From assembly GCA_965219995.1 (NCBI GenBank), contig CBDCOX010000002.1:2720001-2784000 (forward strand): DNA of 64,000 bases, in the 5' to 3' direction. The first letter of the stretch is position 1, and each line of letters starts with the position of its first letter. This DNA is from Candidatus Latescibacterota bacterium (lineage in GTDB: Bacteria > Latescibacterota > UBA2968 > GCA-2709665). Under the pieces are notes generated by a model. The model was given only the letters and a program-made list of their open reading frames with translations, was not told the origin of the DNA and did no database searches. This document shows, in pieces, positions 8,130 through 17,759 of this stretch. Both the position numbers and the translations under genes were made by a program.

Positions 8130-10562
8130 ATGTTGAAATTAAAGATCTTGCAGGCCGCGGTCAATCGTGTGCGGCTGGGAGTGGACCTTGCAGGTCAGAC
8201 GGGTGCCCGCATATACAGATCGCGCCGCGCGGCGGGGCCCTATGAAGAGGTCGGGGTTGCGTTCGAGGAGACGTACGACGATACGGTGCACCTGGAACCG
8301 GGAAAGACCTGTTACTATCTCGCGGCGGAATGGCGGGCCCCCAGCCTGATTCCGGAAACGAACAGCCTCAAGGGGGGCGACCCGCTACGGGTTGCGGTAC
8401 CCCGTGCGCAGAATGAGCGGAGTTTGGTGCTGACGGAAAAGCGTGAGGAATTCACGATTTCCATGGGCGGGCACCTGGACGAATCCAATACGGTTACGGT
8501 GGGCCCGGAAGTCTACTGTCCCGGCCCGAATTCGAGCATGCCGCCCTACGACCAGGCCTTCGAGCCCAACCAGTACGTGGTCATCGAGAACCTGGGAGAG
8601 ACCGACGTGGAGAACCCGTGGGTGGTGGCCAACGGGCAGCGGGACTGGTGGTCGGCGGAAACGATGACGAAAGAGATCGCCGGCATCGCCGGGGGCGGCC
8701 GGCTGGACGACCGGGACAAGATGATGGCGATCTGGAAATTCGTCGTCGACGAGCTCTACGACAGCCGGATCGGACTGTCCTGGTTCGATCAGACCAGCGA
8801 CCCCGTCAGGCTCTTCAATGTCTACGGGTTCGAGGGATGCGTCGCCAACGCGATCACGAGCCGCCGCCTCGCCGAACAGATGGGCGTGAAGAGCCGGGAG
8901 ATCTGGCTGGGCGGCACCATCGACGGATACGGGCGCGGGCGCAGTTGCGGGCACGATATCTTCGAGGCGTTCGCGGACGGGGACTGGCACTTTCTGGACA
9001 CGGACCTGATGGTGTTCTTCCTCAAACGGGACAACAGGACGGTTGCCGGCTCCGAGGACTTTTCCCGGGATATCGACCTGCTGCGCCGCTCCCACCGCAA
9101 CCTGGGCCTGTGCGGGCGAGACCTGCCCGAGAAGGACTATTACTACACGCCCTTCCGGGAGGGTCAGTACGTGTATCCCCCCAACAAGGGCGGCGCGTGG
9201 ATGGACGCCGCGGGGAAGATAAAACAGACGCCGGGCGAATACCCGCCGGCGCAGACGATGGCGCTGCGGCTGCGGCCTTGGGAAAAGCTCATCCGCTACT
9301 GGGACAACGTCGGAAAGAACGTAATCAGGGGGAAACGGCTGTATCCGACGGTAAGATATTCCAACGGAAAACTGGCATACCGGCCCGACCTTCGCGACCC
9401 GCTTGCATTGAACGGGACCGAATCGGCGATCAATGTCGCGCAGGAGACTTCGGGGAGACGCGTTGCGCTGCATCCGGAAAAGAAGGGCGAAGTTTCGGAG
9501 GTGGTGTGGCGGGTGGCGTCGCCCTACGCGATCGCCGGTGCCCGGCTGGGTATCCGGTGTCGATGCGACACGCAGGAAGATGGTCTGGAAGTCCTGTTTT
9601 CCAAAGATGGCGAAGACTGGCGGTCCTTGTGGGTCGCCATCGGACGCCGGCTTGACGCCTGCGTGGACCTGGACTGGTACCTGAATCCCGCGCTGAACGA
9701 CTGGCGCGGGGAGACCGACCTCGGTTGGCGTATGGGGCCCTGTTATCAGTACTACATCAAGGTCGCCATGTGGGCCGGCTCCCGGCCACACGGTGTAGGT
9801 CTGGATGCGATCCGTTTCGATACGGATATCCAGTGCGCCACGCGGTCTCTGCCGTCGCTGTTCTGCGGCGACAATACGATCGCCTATCGGGACGACACTC
9901 CGGGGCAGCGGAAGGTCCGCGTGACGTACGGATGGCGCGAGGAGCGGTCGATCCATCCGCCCGGTGCGCCCGTGTTGATGTACCCTGACGATTGCGCCGA
10001 CGTCGACCGGCTGGATTTCGAATTCCGGTGGAAACGCCCGCGCGGGGGCAGCGGACAGGTGGACGATTACCATATCCAGGTCAGCCGATACGCGGATTTC
10101 AGATGGTGCGTGTGCCCCGCGTTCGACCGGTACGTTGGAAGGACCGCTTACGCGGGCGGGACGAAATGGCAGGCGGAGTTTCCCAATCTGCTGAATCCGG
10201 ACGACGTCTATTACTGGCGCGCGCGTGCGCGGAACGAAAAGGGCGTGTGGGGAGAATGGAGTGAAACGCGTTCGTTCGTGCCCCACGGTCCGTGTCTGCC
10301 GGTGGACCTCAGGGTGGAGGGCCGGGGCCGAAGACGATCGCTGGTGTGGTCCGCAAACGAGAACGGGAACCCGGCGGTGCGCTATCGGGTTCACGGGTGC
10401 ACCGAGCCCGGCGGATTCTCCGCGACGGATGAGAATCTGCTGTGTTCCGTCGATAAAGCCCGCTGGCCGCTGGACGACGCGGAGAAGGGGATGTCCTATC
10501 GGGTCGTGGCGGTGGATGCCGGCGGCGTCCCGAGTACGCCGTCTGAATATATCACGGTTTGA
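8130..10562 (+). CDS. Large hypothetical protein with transglutaminase-like core and FN3-like domains
   Basis: DPVRLFNVYGFEGC...GHDIFEAFADGDWHFLDTD (Cys-His-Asp order); YYWRARARN..GVWGEWSE and YRVVAVDAGGVPSTPS (FN3-like); RBS ggagg. Confidence 0.6.
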   Translation: MLKLKILQAAVNRVRLGVDLAGQTGARIYRSRRAAGPYEEVGVAFEETYDDTVHLEPGKTCYYLAAEWRAPSLIPETNSLKGGDPLRVAVPRAQNERSLVLTEKREEFTISMGGHLDESNTVTVGPEVYCPGPNSSMPPYDQAFEPNQYVVIENLGETDVENPWVVANGQRDWWSAETMTKEIAGIAGGGRLDDRDKMMAIWKFVVDELYDSRIGLSWFDQTSDPVRLFNVYGFEGCVANAITSRRLAEQMGVKSREIWLGGTIDGYGRGRSCGHDIFEAFADGDWHFLDTDLMVFFLKRDNRTVAGSEDFSRDIDLLRRSHRNLGLCGRDLPEKDYYYTPFREGQYVYPPNKGGAWMDAAGKIKQTPGEYPPAQTMALRLRPWEKLIRYWDNVGKNVIRGKRLYPTVRYSNGKLAYRPDLRDPLALNGTESAINVAQETSGRRVALHPEKKGEVSEVVWRVASPYAIAGARLGIRCRCDTQEDGLEVLFSKDGEDWRSLWVAIGRRLDACVDLDWYLNPALNDWRGETDLGWRMGPCYQYYIKVAMWAGSRPHGVGLDAIRFDTDIQCATRSLPSLFCGDNTIAYRDDTPGQRKVRVTYGWREERSIHPPGAPVLMYPDDCADVDRLDFEFRWKRPRGGSGQVDDYHIQVSRYADFRWCVCPAFDRYVGRTAYAGGTKWQAEFPNLLNPDDVYYWRARARNEKGVWGEWSETRSFVPHGPCLPVDLRVEGRGRRRSLVWSANENGNPAVRYRVHGCTEPGGFSATDENLLCSVDKARWPLDDAEKGMSYRVVAVDAGGVPSTPSEYITV

Positions 10563-10617
10563 GCGCCAAGAAAGTTGCGCGCTGGAGGCCGTTTCAATTG
10601 CTTTACGGGGGTGGTCT

Positions 10618-11667
10618 ATGTCCGAACGTGAATACAGCGGGGTTATCGTGGGTCTGACGGGAATCGGGGCCGGGCGTCCGGCCGAAGCCAAGGGCCTGCC
10701 GTTATATGGCACGATGCCGATGTCGCATGCCTCGGCCTATTACCGATGTCCTCAGACCCGGCTGACCGCTGTGTGCGACCTGCGTGAGGAGGCTCTGGAG
10801 AGTTTCCGGGAGAACTGGAACGACGTGTGGCCGGAAATGCGTTACTACGTGGATTATCGGGAGATGTTCGAGGCGGAAAACCCCGATCTGGTGAGCGTCG
10901 CGACGTCCGACCACTTCCACGCGGATATCGTGGTGGATGCGGCCGAGCGCGGTACGGCCGCGATTCTCTGCGAAAAACCGCTTGCGACAACGCTCGAGGA
11001 CGCCGACAGGATGATCGCCGCAGCCGAAGCGAACGGGACCGTTCTCTCGGTAGATCATTCCCGGCGGTGGTATCCGCATTACCTCAAGGCCCGCGAGATC
11101 GTGCGAAGCGGCGAGATCGGACCGCTGCGCACCATCGGGTGCGAGATGTTCGGCCTGCGTTCGATGTTGTTTCGCAACGGGACCCACGCCCTGGATACGG
11201 TCTGTTTTTTTGCAGACGGAGACCCCCTGTGGCTGGTGGCGGACCTGGAGGACGGGTTCGAACATTTCACCGAGTATCGGGGAGGCGGAGGAAAGGATGC
11301 CGCGAGCGATCCGTATGCCTCGGCCTATATCCGGTTCGGGAACGGCGTCAGGGCTTTTTTCAACTCCTTCAAGACGGCTTTTCCCGGTTGGCGGTTCGTT
11401 CTGACGTGCGAGGACGGGCGGGTGGAAGCAACCGATAAGACGGCCAGGCTGATCCGCGGCGCATCGTTCGAGACCTCGGAGATCGTCCCGCAGCATTACA
11501 TGCTGCATTCCAAGGGCGCGCTGGTGGCGGAGCTGGTGCATCTGCTGGAACACGGCGGCGACCCGGTTTCGCCGGCGCGGGAGGCGCGGAAATCACTGGA
11601 GGTCATCCTGGGCATCCTGAAGTCGCACCACGCGGGCAACACCCGGGTCGACTTCCCCCTGTCCTGA
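10618..11667 (+). CDS. Gfo/Idh/MocA family oxidoreductase
   Basis: DLVSVATSDHFH, CEKPLA and GTH.LD motifs; start set at MSEREYS. Confidence 0.9.
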   Translation: MSEREYSGVIVGLTGIGAGRPAEAKGLPLYGTMPMSHASAYYRCPQTRLTAVCDLREEALESFRENWNDVWPEMRYYVDYREMFEAENPDLVSVATSDHFHADIVVDAAERGTAAILCEKPLATTLEDADRMIAAAEANGTVLSVDHSRRWYPHYLKAREIVRSGEIGPLRTIGCEMFGLRSMLFRNGTHALDTVCFFADGDPLWLVADLEDGFEHFTEYRGGGGKDAASDPYASAYIRFGNGVRAFFNSFKTAFPGWRFVLTCEDGRVEATDKTARLIRGASFETSEIVPQHYMLHSKGALVAELVHLLEHGGDPVSPAREARKSLEVILGILKSHHAGNTRVDFPLS

Positions 11668-11679
11668 GGAGGACGCCAC

Positions 11680-12975
11680 ATGAAAATCGTCGATCCCGCC
11701 GCGGTCTGGGACGTGCGCCCCTGGGGCTGCCCGGCGTTCACGATCCGTGACTTCAACGGAGACGGGAAGAACGAAGTCCTGTTCGTGCAGAACGCGGGCG
11801 CGCACGCCAACGAGGCGTTCGATCCGCGGTTCAAAGACGTGCAGGGGTACAAGACCGGCGTGGAAGACCAGGAGCTCTTCTGCCTGACGCTTACAGACGG
11901 CGAGGGTCGGATTCTCTGGCAGGTGGGAGAGCCCTGGGCGCTGGAACGGCCCTTTTCCTGGAACGGGAGCAATTTCTGCGAGGTGGTGGACCTCGACGGA
12001 GACGGGCAGATCGAAATCATGATCATCTACAAGGCCGAACTGCTGGTCTACAAAGGCGCCACCGGCGAATTGTGCAACCGGCATGAACTGCCCCATTCGG
12101 GGTTCTATTACTCGCGGGCGGTGCGAACCGATCGCTCCGGAAGGTATCACATCTTTACGAAAAGCGTCACGTCTTCCGCCACGCATGGGTACGGCAATCC
12201 CAGCCTGCTGCTGGACCATAACTTCAACGTGGTCTGGGAAAAGGAGGTGGACGGCGCCGGGCATGGCGGCGACTATGCCGACGTGGACGGCGACGGGCTG
12301 GACGAACTGCTGATCGGCTTCAGCCTGTTCGACCACGACGGCAGTCCCCTCTGGTCGCATCCCCCGATGTCAGAGAACGACCACCTGGACGATTCGGTGA
12401 TTGCCGATATCGACGGCGACGGACGGTTCGAGTTTGCGCTGGCCCACGATGGGCACGACGCGGTCGTCCACGACTCAGACGGAACGGTGCGGTTTACCGT
12501 TCCGATGAATCACTGCCAGAACATCCTGCCGGGAAGATTCTTCGAAGCCGAGCCGGGGCTTCAGCTCGCCTTTGTGGACAAGGCGCTGGGACGCGCGGAG
12601 GAGCGGGAGGCCGCGATCGTCAATGCCGACGGCCGCGAGTTGTCCCGGCATCGGACGATGGGCTATTACTCGGTCATCGGCTGGTCGACCGACGTTGGCG
12701 AGGACAGCCTGATGCGTCTCGAGTGGCCAACCGAGCCCGAAGCCGACCACCGCGTTTTGTGGGTGGACCCCACCGGCCGGGAACTGGCGCGGCTGAACGT
12801 GCGGGAAAATTTCCACGACCGCTTTCAGAAGTTCGGCCTCGAAGACTATCCCGCCCGCGGCCGCTATTTCGGCACGAGCCATACCGCGGCCATTGGTGAC
12901 ATCGACGGGGATGGACGCGACGAGTTCCTGGTTACGGACCGGGAGAAGGTCTGGGTTTTCGAAAGGCCGCAATAG
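11680..12975 (+). CDS. FG-GAP/VCBS-repeat beta-propeller protein, rhamnogalacturonan lyase PL11-like
   Basis: Repeated DxDGDGxxE Ca-binding motifs (DFNGDGKNE, DLDGDGQIE, DVDGDGLDE, DIDGDGRDE); GHG..YADVDGDG and HLD motifs; no signal peptide. Confidence 0.6.
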   Translation: MKIVDPAAVWDVRPWGCPAFTIRDFNGDGKNEVLFVQNAGAHANEAFDPRFKDVQGYKTGVEDQELFCLTLTDGEGRILWQVGEPWALERPFSWNGSNFCEVVDLDGDGQIEIMIIYKAELLVYKGATGELCNRHELPHSGFYYSRAVRTDRSGRYHIFTKSVTSSATHGYGNPSLLLDHNFNVVWEKEVDGAGHGGDYADVDGDGLDELLIGFSLFDHDGSPLWSHPPMSENDHLDDSVIADIDGDGRFEFALAHDGHDAVVHDSDGTVRFTVPMNHCQNILPGRFFEAEPGLQLAFVDKALGRAEEREAAIVNADGRELSRHRTMGYYSVIGWSTDVGEDSLMRLEWPTEPEADHRVLWVDPTGRELARLNVRENFHDRFQKFGLEDYPARGRYFGTSHTAAIGDIDGDGRDEFLVTDREKVWVFERPQ

Positions 12976-13161
12976 ACTGGGTTCGGCTTCCGCAATGGGA
13001 GCAGCCGTAGATGCCACATAAAAATAACATTGAAAACTACGAAACACGCGAGATAATCGAAATATCCGTGGCTGAAACCAATTGCCACAAGAGACCTGCA
13101 TGCAGCGCAGGGCACCGCGCAGGCCTGCGCTGGTTGGACGGCGGTTAAGGATACCGCAACA

Positions 13162-13446
13162 ATGCACGCATTAATCGAACAACACCGCGCCGGGATTCTC
13201 GCCCTCGCTGAACGCCACGGAATTGCCGACGTACGTGTGTTCGGGTCCATGGCGAGGGGCGACGCCGATGATTCCGGTGACGTCGATCTGCTGGTGTCGT
13301 TGCCGCCTGAAAAAACGGGCCTCGCGCTCGGCGCGCTGTTGATGGACGTGCAGGACCTTCTGCAACGCCGCGTGGACGTCGTCACTGAGAAGAGCCTTCA
13401 CCCGGCCCTCCGCGAGCGCGTTCTGACCGAGGCGCAGCCGTTATGA
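13162..13446 (+). CDS. Minimal nucleotidyltransferase (MntA-type antitoxin)
   Basis: VRVFGSMARGDADDSGDVDLLV motif, 94 aa; overlaps the start of a HEPN-like ORF (ATGA). Confidence 0.9.
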   Translation: MHALIEQHRAGILALAERHGIADVRVFGSMARGDADDSGDVDLLVSLPPEKTGLALGALLMDVQDLLQRRVDVVTEKSLHPALRERVLTEAQPL

Positions 13447-13607
13447 AACCCGACGCGCAGTCGGATAGAGTATTGCTGGAACACATTGGCGAGTGCATTG
13501 AACGCATTCGGGAATACACCGGCAGCAGGCGAGCTTCGTTCTACGGTTCACCTTGGAGTCCGAAACCGGGTGTAACCCTCACAGGAGCAATTGGGAAAGC
13601 AACGTAG
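13443..13607 (+). pseudogene. Truncated HepT/DUF86 (HEPN) toxin fragment
   Basis: MKPDAQSDRVLLEHIGECIERIREYTGSRRASF matches the DUF86 N-terminus, then diverges and stops at 54 aa without the RxxxxH motif. Confidence 0.7.
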
Positions 13608-13723
13608 GAATTTTGATGGACGAAGCGTTCGGGAAGAATGTCATCACAAAGTCGGAGGAGTCATGATTCTGAAGGGGAACTGGCGAGTTCCTCGAAGTAC
13701 GTCTCCACCTGAAAGAGACAAAT

Positions 13724-14032
13724 GTGAAAACGATCGAACAGGTTCGGACTCAACTCACCACAGGCGATTTTGACTTTTCTCGCCACGCCTTCAAGCGAGC
13801 GGTTGAAAGAAACATCAGCGAGCAGGAGATCAGACAGGCAGGATCGCAGGCAACAATCATTGAGGAATATCCTGGCGATAAGTACGCCCCGAGTTGCCGG
13901 CTTTTGGGTTTCACCCAATCGGGAAGACCTCTGCACGTCCACGTTTCGCTTGCCGACACGGAGGAAGTGAGAATCGTCACCCTATATGAGCCAAATCCGA
14001 ATTTATGGATCGAATACTCCAGGAGGAGGTGA
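13724..14032 (+). CDS. DUF4258 domain protein (putative toxin)
   Basis: FSRHAFKRAVERNIS..EI...IIEEYPGDKY.PS..LLGFT..GRPLHV...RIVTLYEP.P..W pattern; paired with a YgiT-type zinc finger. Confidence 0.85.
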   Translation: MKTIEQVRTQLTTGDFDFSRHAFKRAVERNISEQEIRQAGSQATIIEEYPGDKYAPSCRLLGFTQSGRPLHVHVSLADTEEVRIVTLYEPNPNLWIEYSRRR

Positions 14033-14034
14033 GT

Positions 14035-14265
14035 ATGTTTACATGCCCGGTCTGCCATTCACAGGAAAGCCGTGAGGAGCTGGTCGACGAGGTGTTTCGC
14101 GTTGATGGGCGTTATGCCCTGGTCGGGGGCATTCCGGCTGTCGTGTGCGTCCGGTGCGGCGAGCAGGCCTTTCGTCGCGAGACGACTGAGAAGGTGCGAC
14201 TGATGGTCCATGGGGAGGCTGAAGCAACAACGTCCATACCCATGCAGGTCTTCGACTTCGCCTGA
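14035..14265 (+). CDS. YgiT/MqsA-type zinc finger protein (putative antitoxin)
   Basis: CPVC...IPAVVCVRCGE; RBS ggaggtga before ATG 14035. Confidence 0.85.
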   Translation: MFTCPVCHSQESREELVDEVFRVDGRYALVGGIPAVVCVRCGEQAFRRETTEKVRLMVHGEAEATTSIPMQVFDFA

Positions 14266-14328
14266 TGGGTTTAGGCTGCCAACGGGCCGTCGCCTGGAGA
14301 TTTTCGGCCTGGGCATTGACGCGGTGAA

Positions 14329-14352
14329 TGAGCCTGTCGAAGGGTCGGCGAA
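14329..14352 (+). repeat. REP-like motif TGAGCCTGTCGAAGGGTCGGCGAA
   Basis: 23/24 identical to the reverse complement of 42307-42330. Confidence 0.7.
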
Positions 14353-14475
14353 GGGATGTCGATCGGGCCTGTACGGATATTGAAACGCGGGCAGCACCGG
14401 CATTGACCACGTTTCAGCGAGACGGGAAGGATCGGCGGGAGATTGGTGAGGTTTTCCTGACAGAGGCCACATCGT

Positions 14476-15093
14476 TCAGTCGAAATACTCGTCCTCGCTG
14501 AATTTCGTCCACGACCTGAAAACAGGAAACGGCAGCGGAAGGACGCCGTCCGGATCGTTTATCTTGAAGGAAATCTTTCCGTCGTCGAAAAGATCCCGGA
14601 TCGAGACGGAAACACCCGAGGTTCCAATACAGTTATCGCACTTCTCGGGGAAGGTCTGCGCCGAATTCGGCGAGACGAAGTAGATCTTGAATTCCGATCC
14701 ATTGCCTGACTTTTCAATTCGATAGTCTTTGGCCCCGACCTCCCACTCGTTGACGGCATGGCCGTCCCTGGCGTACTGGGCCCAGACGCTGAACCCGCCG
14801 TTGAAATCGACTATGATGCCCTTTCTCGGGCTCGCGTCTCTGGAAGGCTCGAACTGGCGAAACGAACGCCCGTTCATCGTTGTCTTTATTCGTTCTTCTT
14901 CATCGCCGCTTACCGGTTCAAACGGCCCGTTCTGCCCGCATGACGTCGTGAACAACAAAATAGACAGCGAAGCCAACAGCGCAATCCAACCACGATTCCA
15001 ACCTTCGACCCGCTTGACGGTGGGCGTCGCACCGCGGTTCCCGGCAACGCTTGCTTCGTGAGTCACACGGACTCTTTCGGATTCGATCGGCAT
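14476..15093 (-). CDS. Hypothetical lipoprotein
   Basis: aaggagg RBS before MPIESE; hydrophobic stretch WIALLASLSILLFTTS-C (lipobox-like). Confidence 0.6.
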   Translation of the reverse strand: MPIESERVRVTHEASVAGNRGATPTVKRVEGWNRGWIALLASLSILLFTTSCGQNGPFEPVSGDEEERIKTTMNGRSFRQFEPSRDASPRKGIIVDFNGGFSVWAQYARDGHAVNEWEVGAKDYRIEKSGNGSEFKIYFVSPNSAQTFPEKCDNCIGTSGVSVSIRDLFDDGKISFKINDPDGVLPLPFPVFRSWTKFSEDEYFD

Positions 15094-15259
15094 GATTGCC
15101 TCCTTGATTGGATCCTGTGTCGATCGTGCAGATCCGGACGCCGTAGATACGTCGCATCTCGAACCTCGCGAGGGAAATTTACCCAAATGCAGGACCGGGT
15201 TCAACCCGCGGCCCCGAACTCGCCCGTGCCGCCATATTTCCTGATCGGATGACAAACCC

Positions 15260-16669
15260 ATGACTCCTGAATTTATCCTGAACAAGGTCTGCGATTCGAT
15301 CGACGCGCTGGTTGAGGCGGGAAAGCCCTACGGCGGTCTGTTCCCGTCCATGCTGGATCTGGAAACGCACCGGATGTTGATGGAAATGCCCCCGCCCATT
15401 CATGGACAGCGCATGGGCGACCGCGCGTTCCTTGGCAGCAATCTCATGCACGACCAGCACGCGCTCAAGATCATGTACGCCCTGGACCGCGAGGGTTACC
15501 GGGATGCGGCTGACAGGTACCTGAACCGGTTCGCGACCCATTGCACGGACACGGTTACCGGCCTGTTCCCTTGGGGCGAACACGCGTACTGGCACCTCGT
15601 CGAGGACCGCGTGGGCGACAGCCATCGGCTGGCTCTTCCGGACAAGGAGCCCGGAACCACGCTGCACGACCACCTGCGGCAGGCGCCCGTCTGGCTGTGG
15701 GAAAAGCTGCACGAATTCAATCCACGGTGTGTCGAGCGGTTTGCCGAAGGGCTGGACTACCACTACAAGGACGGGGAGCCGAGGGAGTACATCCGTCACG
15801 CCCACATCGAGCGCAAGGAACGCCTCGAACGCGGACCGGCGTCCTCGGACTTCCCGCGTCACGGCGGGTTCTACATACTGGACTGGTCGTTTGCCTTCGG
15901 GAATTCGCAGCGCACGGATTTTCTGAGGCAGATCGAGATCATGCTGGACTACTGGTGGCCTCGCCGGGACGCGGCCGGTCTGCTGCTGTCCACGTCGAGG
16001 GGACCTCAGGCCCCGGCGCCGATGCACGACGCGAACACTCCGCCGCAGACCGTCTCTCTTGCGGCCAGTCTGCTGGAGGCCGCCGAACTGCTCGACGAAA
16101 GCGTGCCCGATCTGACCGATAGGATGCGGAAGCGCGCCGGCGTGTATATCGAAGGATTCCTGTCCGCCCCCCACGACCCCGATGCGGGCGTCTTCGTGGC
16201 GGCATGCCGGCGTGAGACGAATGAGGTCGTGAGCACGAACCCCGTCTGGGGAAGCGTATACGGGAATTGGCCGTTTGCTTACGTGGCGCTGATCGCCCTG
16301 TGCATCTACCGGCTGACGGAGGACGAACGGCTTCTGAGGTGGGCGGAGATTGCCGGACGCTGGTACTCGAAAACTCCCTTCCCCGAAGGCGTACCGATCC
16401 CGTCGATGGATGCGGGGCAGGCGGTCGAGTTACTGGCCGACCTCTACGATCTGACCGGTGACGCACATTGGCTGGAACGGGGACTGGAACTTGCCCGGAC
16501 GGTGATTCCCATCTATATGGACCGGGACCTCGTACGGGGCGCGGCGGGTATCGATTGGTACGAGTCCCAGATGGTTCCGGGAGACCTGCTGCACGGGCTG
16601 GCGAGGCTGGCATTGCTCGCCCTGCACGGGGATGCGTGTCCCCTGACAACGAACTATACCGCGAAGTGA
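15260..16669 (+). CDS. Alpha/alpha-toroid protein resembling polysaccharide lyase family 2
   Basis: SNLMHDQ...YRDAADRYL...GLFPWGEH...RH motif order recalls PL2 (NxxxQQ / GLxYWGGH / FNRH); no signal peptide. Confidence 0.5.
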   Translation: MTPEFILNKVCDSIDALVEAGKPYGGLFPSMLDLETHRMLMEMPPPIHGQRMGDRAFLGSNLMHDQHALKIMYALDREGYRDAADRYLNRFATHCTDTVTGLFPWGEHAYWHLVEDRVGDSHRLALPDKEPGTTLHDHLRQAPVWLWEKLHEFNPRCVERFAEGLDYHYKDGEPREYIRHAHIERKERLERGPASSDFPRHGGFYILDWSFAFGNSQRTDFLRQIEIMLDYWWPRRDAAGLLLSTSRGPQAPAPMHDANTPPQTVSLAASLLEAAELLDESVPDLTDRMRKRAGVYIEGFLSAPHDPDAGVFVAACRRETNEVVSTNPVWGSVYGNWPFAYVALIALCIYRLTEDERLLRWAEIAGRWYSKTPFPEGVPIPSMDAGQAVELLADLYDLTGDAHWLERGLELARTVIPIYMDRDLVRGAAGIDWYESQMVPGDLLHGLARLALLALHGDACPLTTNYTAK

Positions 16670-16676
16670 GAATGAC

Positions 16677-17738
16677 GTGGGCACGGGAACGTTCAAACTG
16701 TGGGCGGGAGGCGATGCGCACGTGGGCACGGACCTGGCGGCGGGGAATCGGCGCAGCCTGGCCGAGGCCATTCTTCAGGCCGAAAACGGCGGCGCCGGCG
16801 GCGGGCCTCCGTTCGAGTGGGACATTATGCTCGATATCGGGGACCTGTCCGGTTCGCAGACGCCGCCGGGCGACGAGGAAGGAGAGGAAGTTGTCCGGCA
16901 ATACAGCGTGTCGACCCACCATCCCCGGGAGGATTTCTACAATATCGTGGGCAACCACGACGCGAGCGGACCGGGCGAGCCGTGCCAGTGGTGGTTCCGG
17001 AAGTGGGTGGATCCAACCGGCGAAAACTCCGAACACTCCAACGTCCACGCCGGAAGGCGGCCGTATCCGATCGAGGGGACCTGGGAACGGTATTCGTTCG
17101 AGGTCGGGAATGTCCTGTTTCTCGCGATGGGAGACCGGAACGATGGCGGGCCCCCGGTGGGTCGGGCCGCCAGAGGCGGGTTTCCGGCCGGCGCGGTGAC
17201 GCGGGAGACGTTTGAGTGGTGGAAAGAGAAGGTAGAGGCGAACCGGGACAAGATCATCGTGACCGCGCACCACCACATGCTGCGGGACACGACGGTGGCG
17301 TCCGGACCCTGGGAGGGTGTGGACGGTGGATATCACGGCCGGTTCGAAGCGGGTGCTCCCGTTGGCGCGTCGTACCTCTATTTCGTCGGCGGGAAGCCGG
17401 ATGCGGGGGCATTCGAATCGTACCTCGAGGCCCATCCGGGCGCCATCGACCTCTGGCTGGGCGGGCATACGCATACGAATCCGGACGATACGCACGGCGG
17501 GCGGTCGCACGTGGAGCGGAAGTGGGGGGTAACCTTCGTCAATGTGGCGGCGATTTCGCGATATCACGGAAAGAAGAATATATCGATGAGCAGGCTGCTG
17601 ACGTTCCGGGAAGGTGCGCCGGAGGTCAACATCCGCTGCTACCTCCATATGGACGATTACGCGCCCCAGGGATGGCTCGACAGGGCAGAGAGGACGGCGC
17701 CGCTTCGCAATGCATTCTCATATCGACCGGCGGGTTGA
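16677..17738 (+). CDS. Calcineurin-like metallophosphoesterase
   Basis: DAHVG, DIGDL, VGNHD, AHHH and GGHTH motifs. Confidence 0.85.
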   Translation: MGTGTFKLWAGGDAHVGTDLAAGNRRSLAEAILQAENGGAGGGPPFEWDIMLDIGDLSGSQTPPGDEEGEEVVRQYSVSTHHPREDFYNIVGNHDASGPGEPCQWWFRKWVDPTGENSEHSNVHAGRRPYPIEGTWERYSFEVGNVLFLAMGDRNDGGPPVGRAARGGFPAGAVTRETFEWWKEKVEANRDKIIVTAHHHMLRDTTVASGPWEGVDGGYHGRFEAGAPVGASYLYFVGGKPDAGAFESYLEAHPGAIDLWLGGHTHTNPDDTHGGRSHVERKWGVTFVNVAAISRYHGKKNISMSRLLTFREGAPEVNIRCYLHMDDYAPQGWLDRAERTAPLRNAFSYRPAG

Positions 17739-17759
17739 AGACGGCGGACGGAGCGAGAG

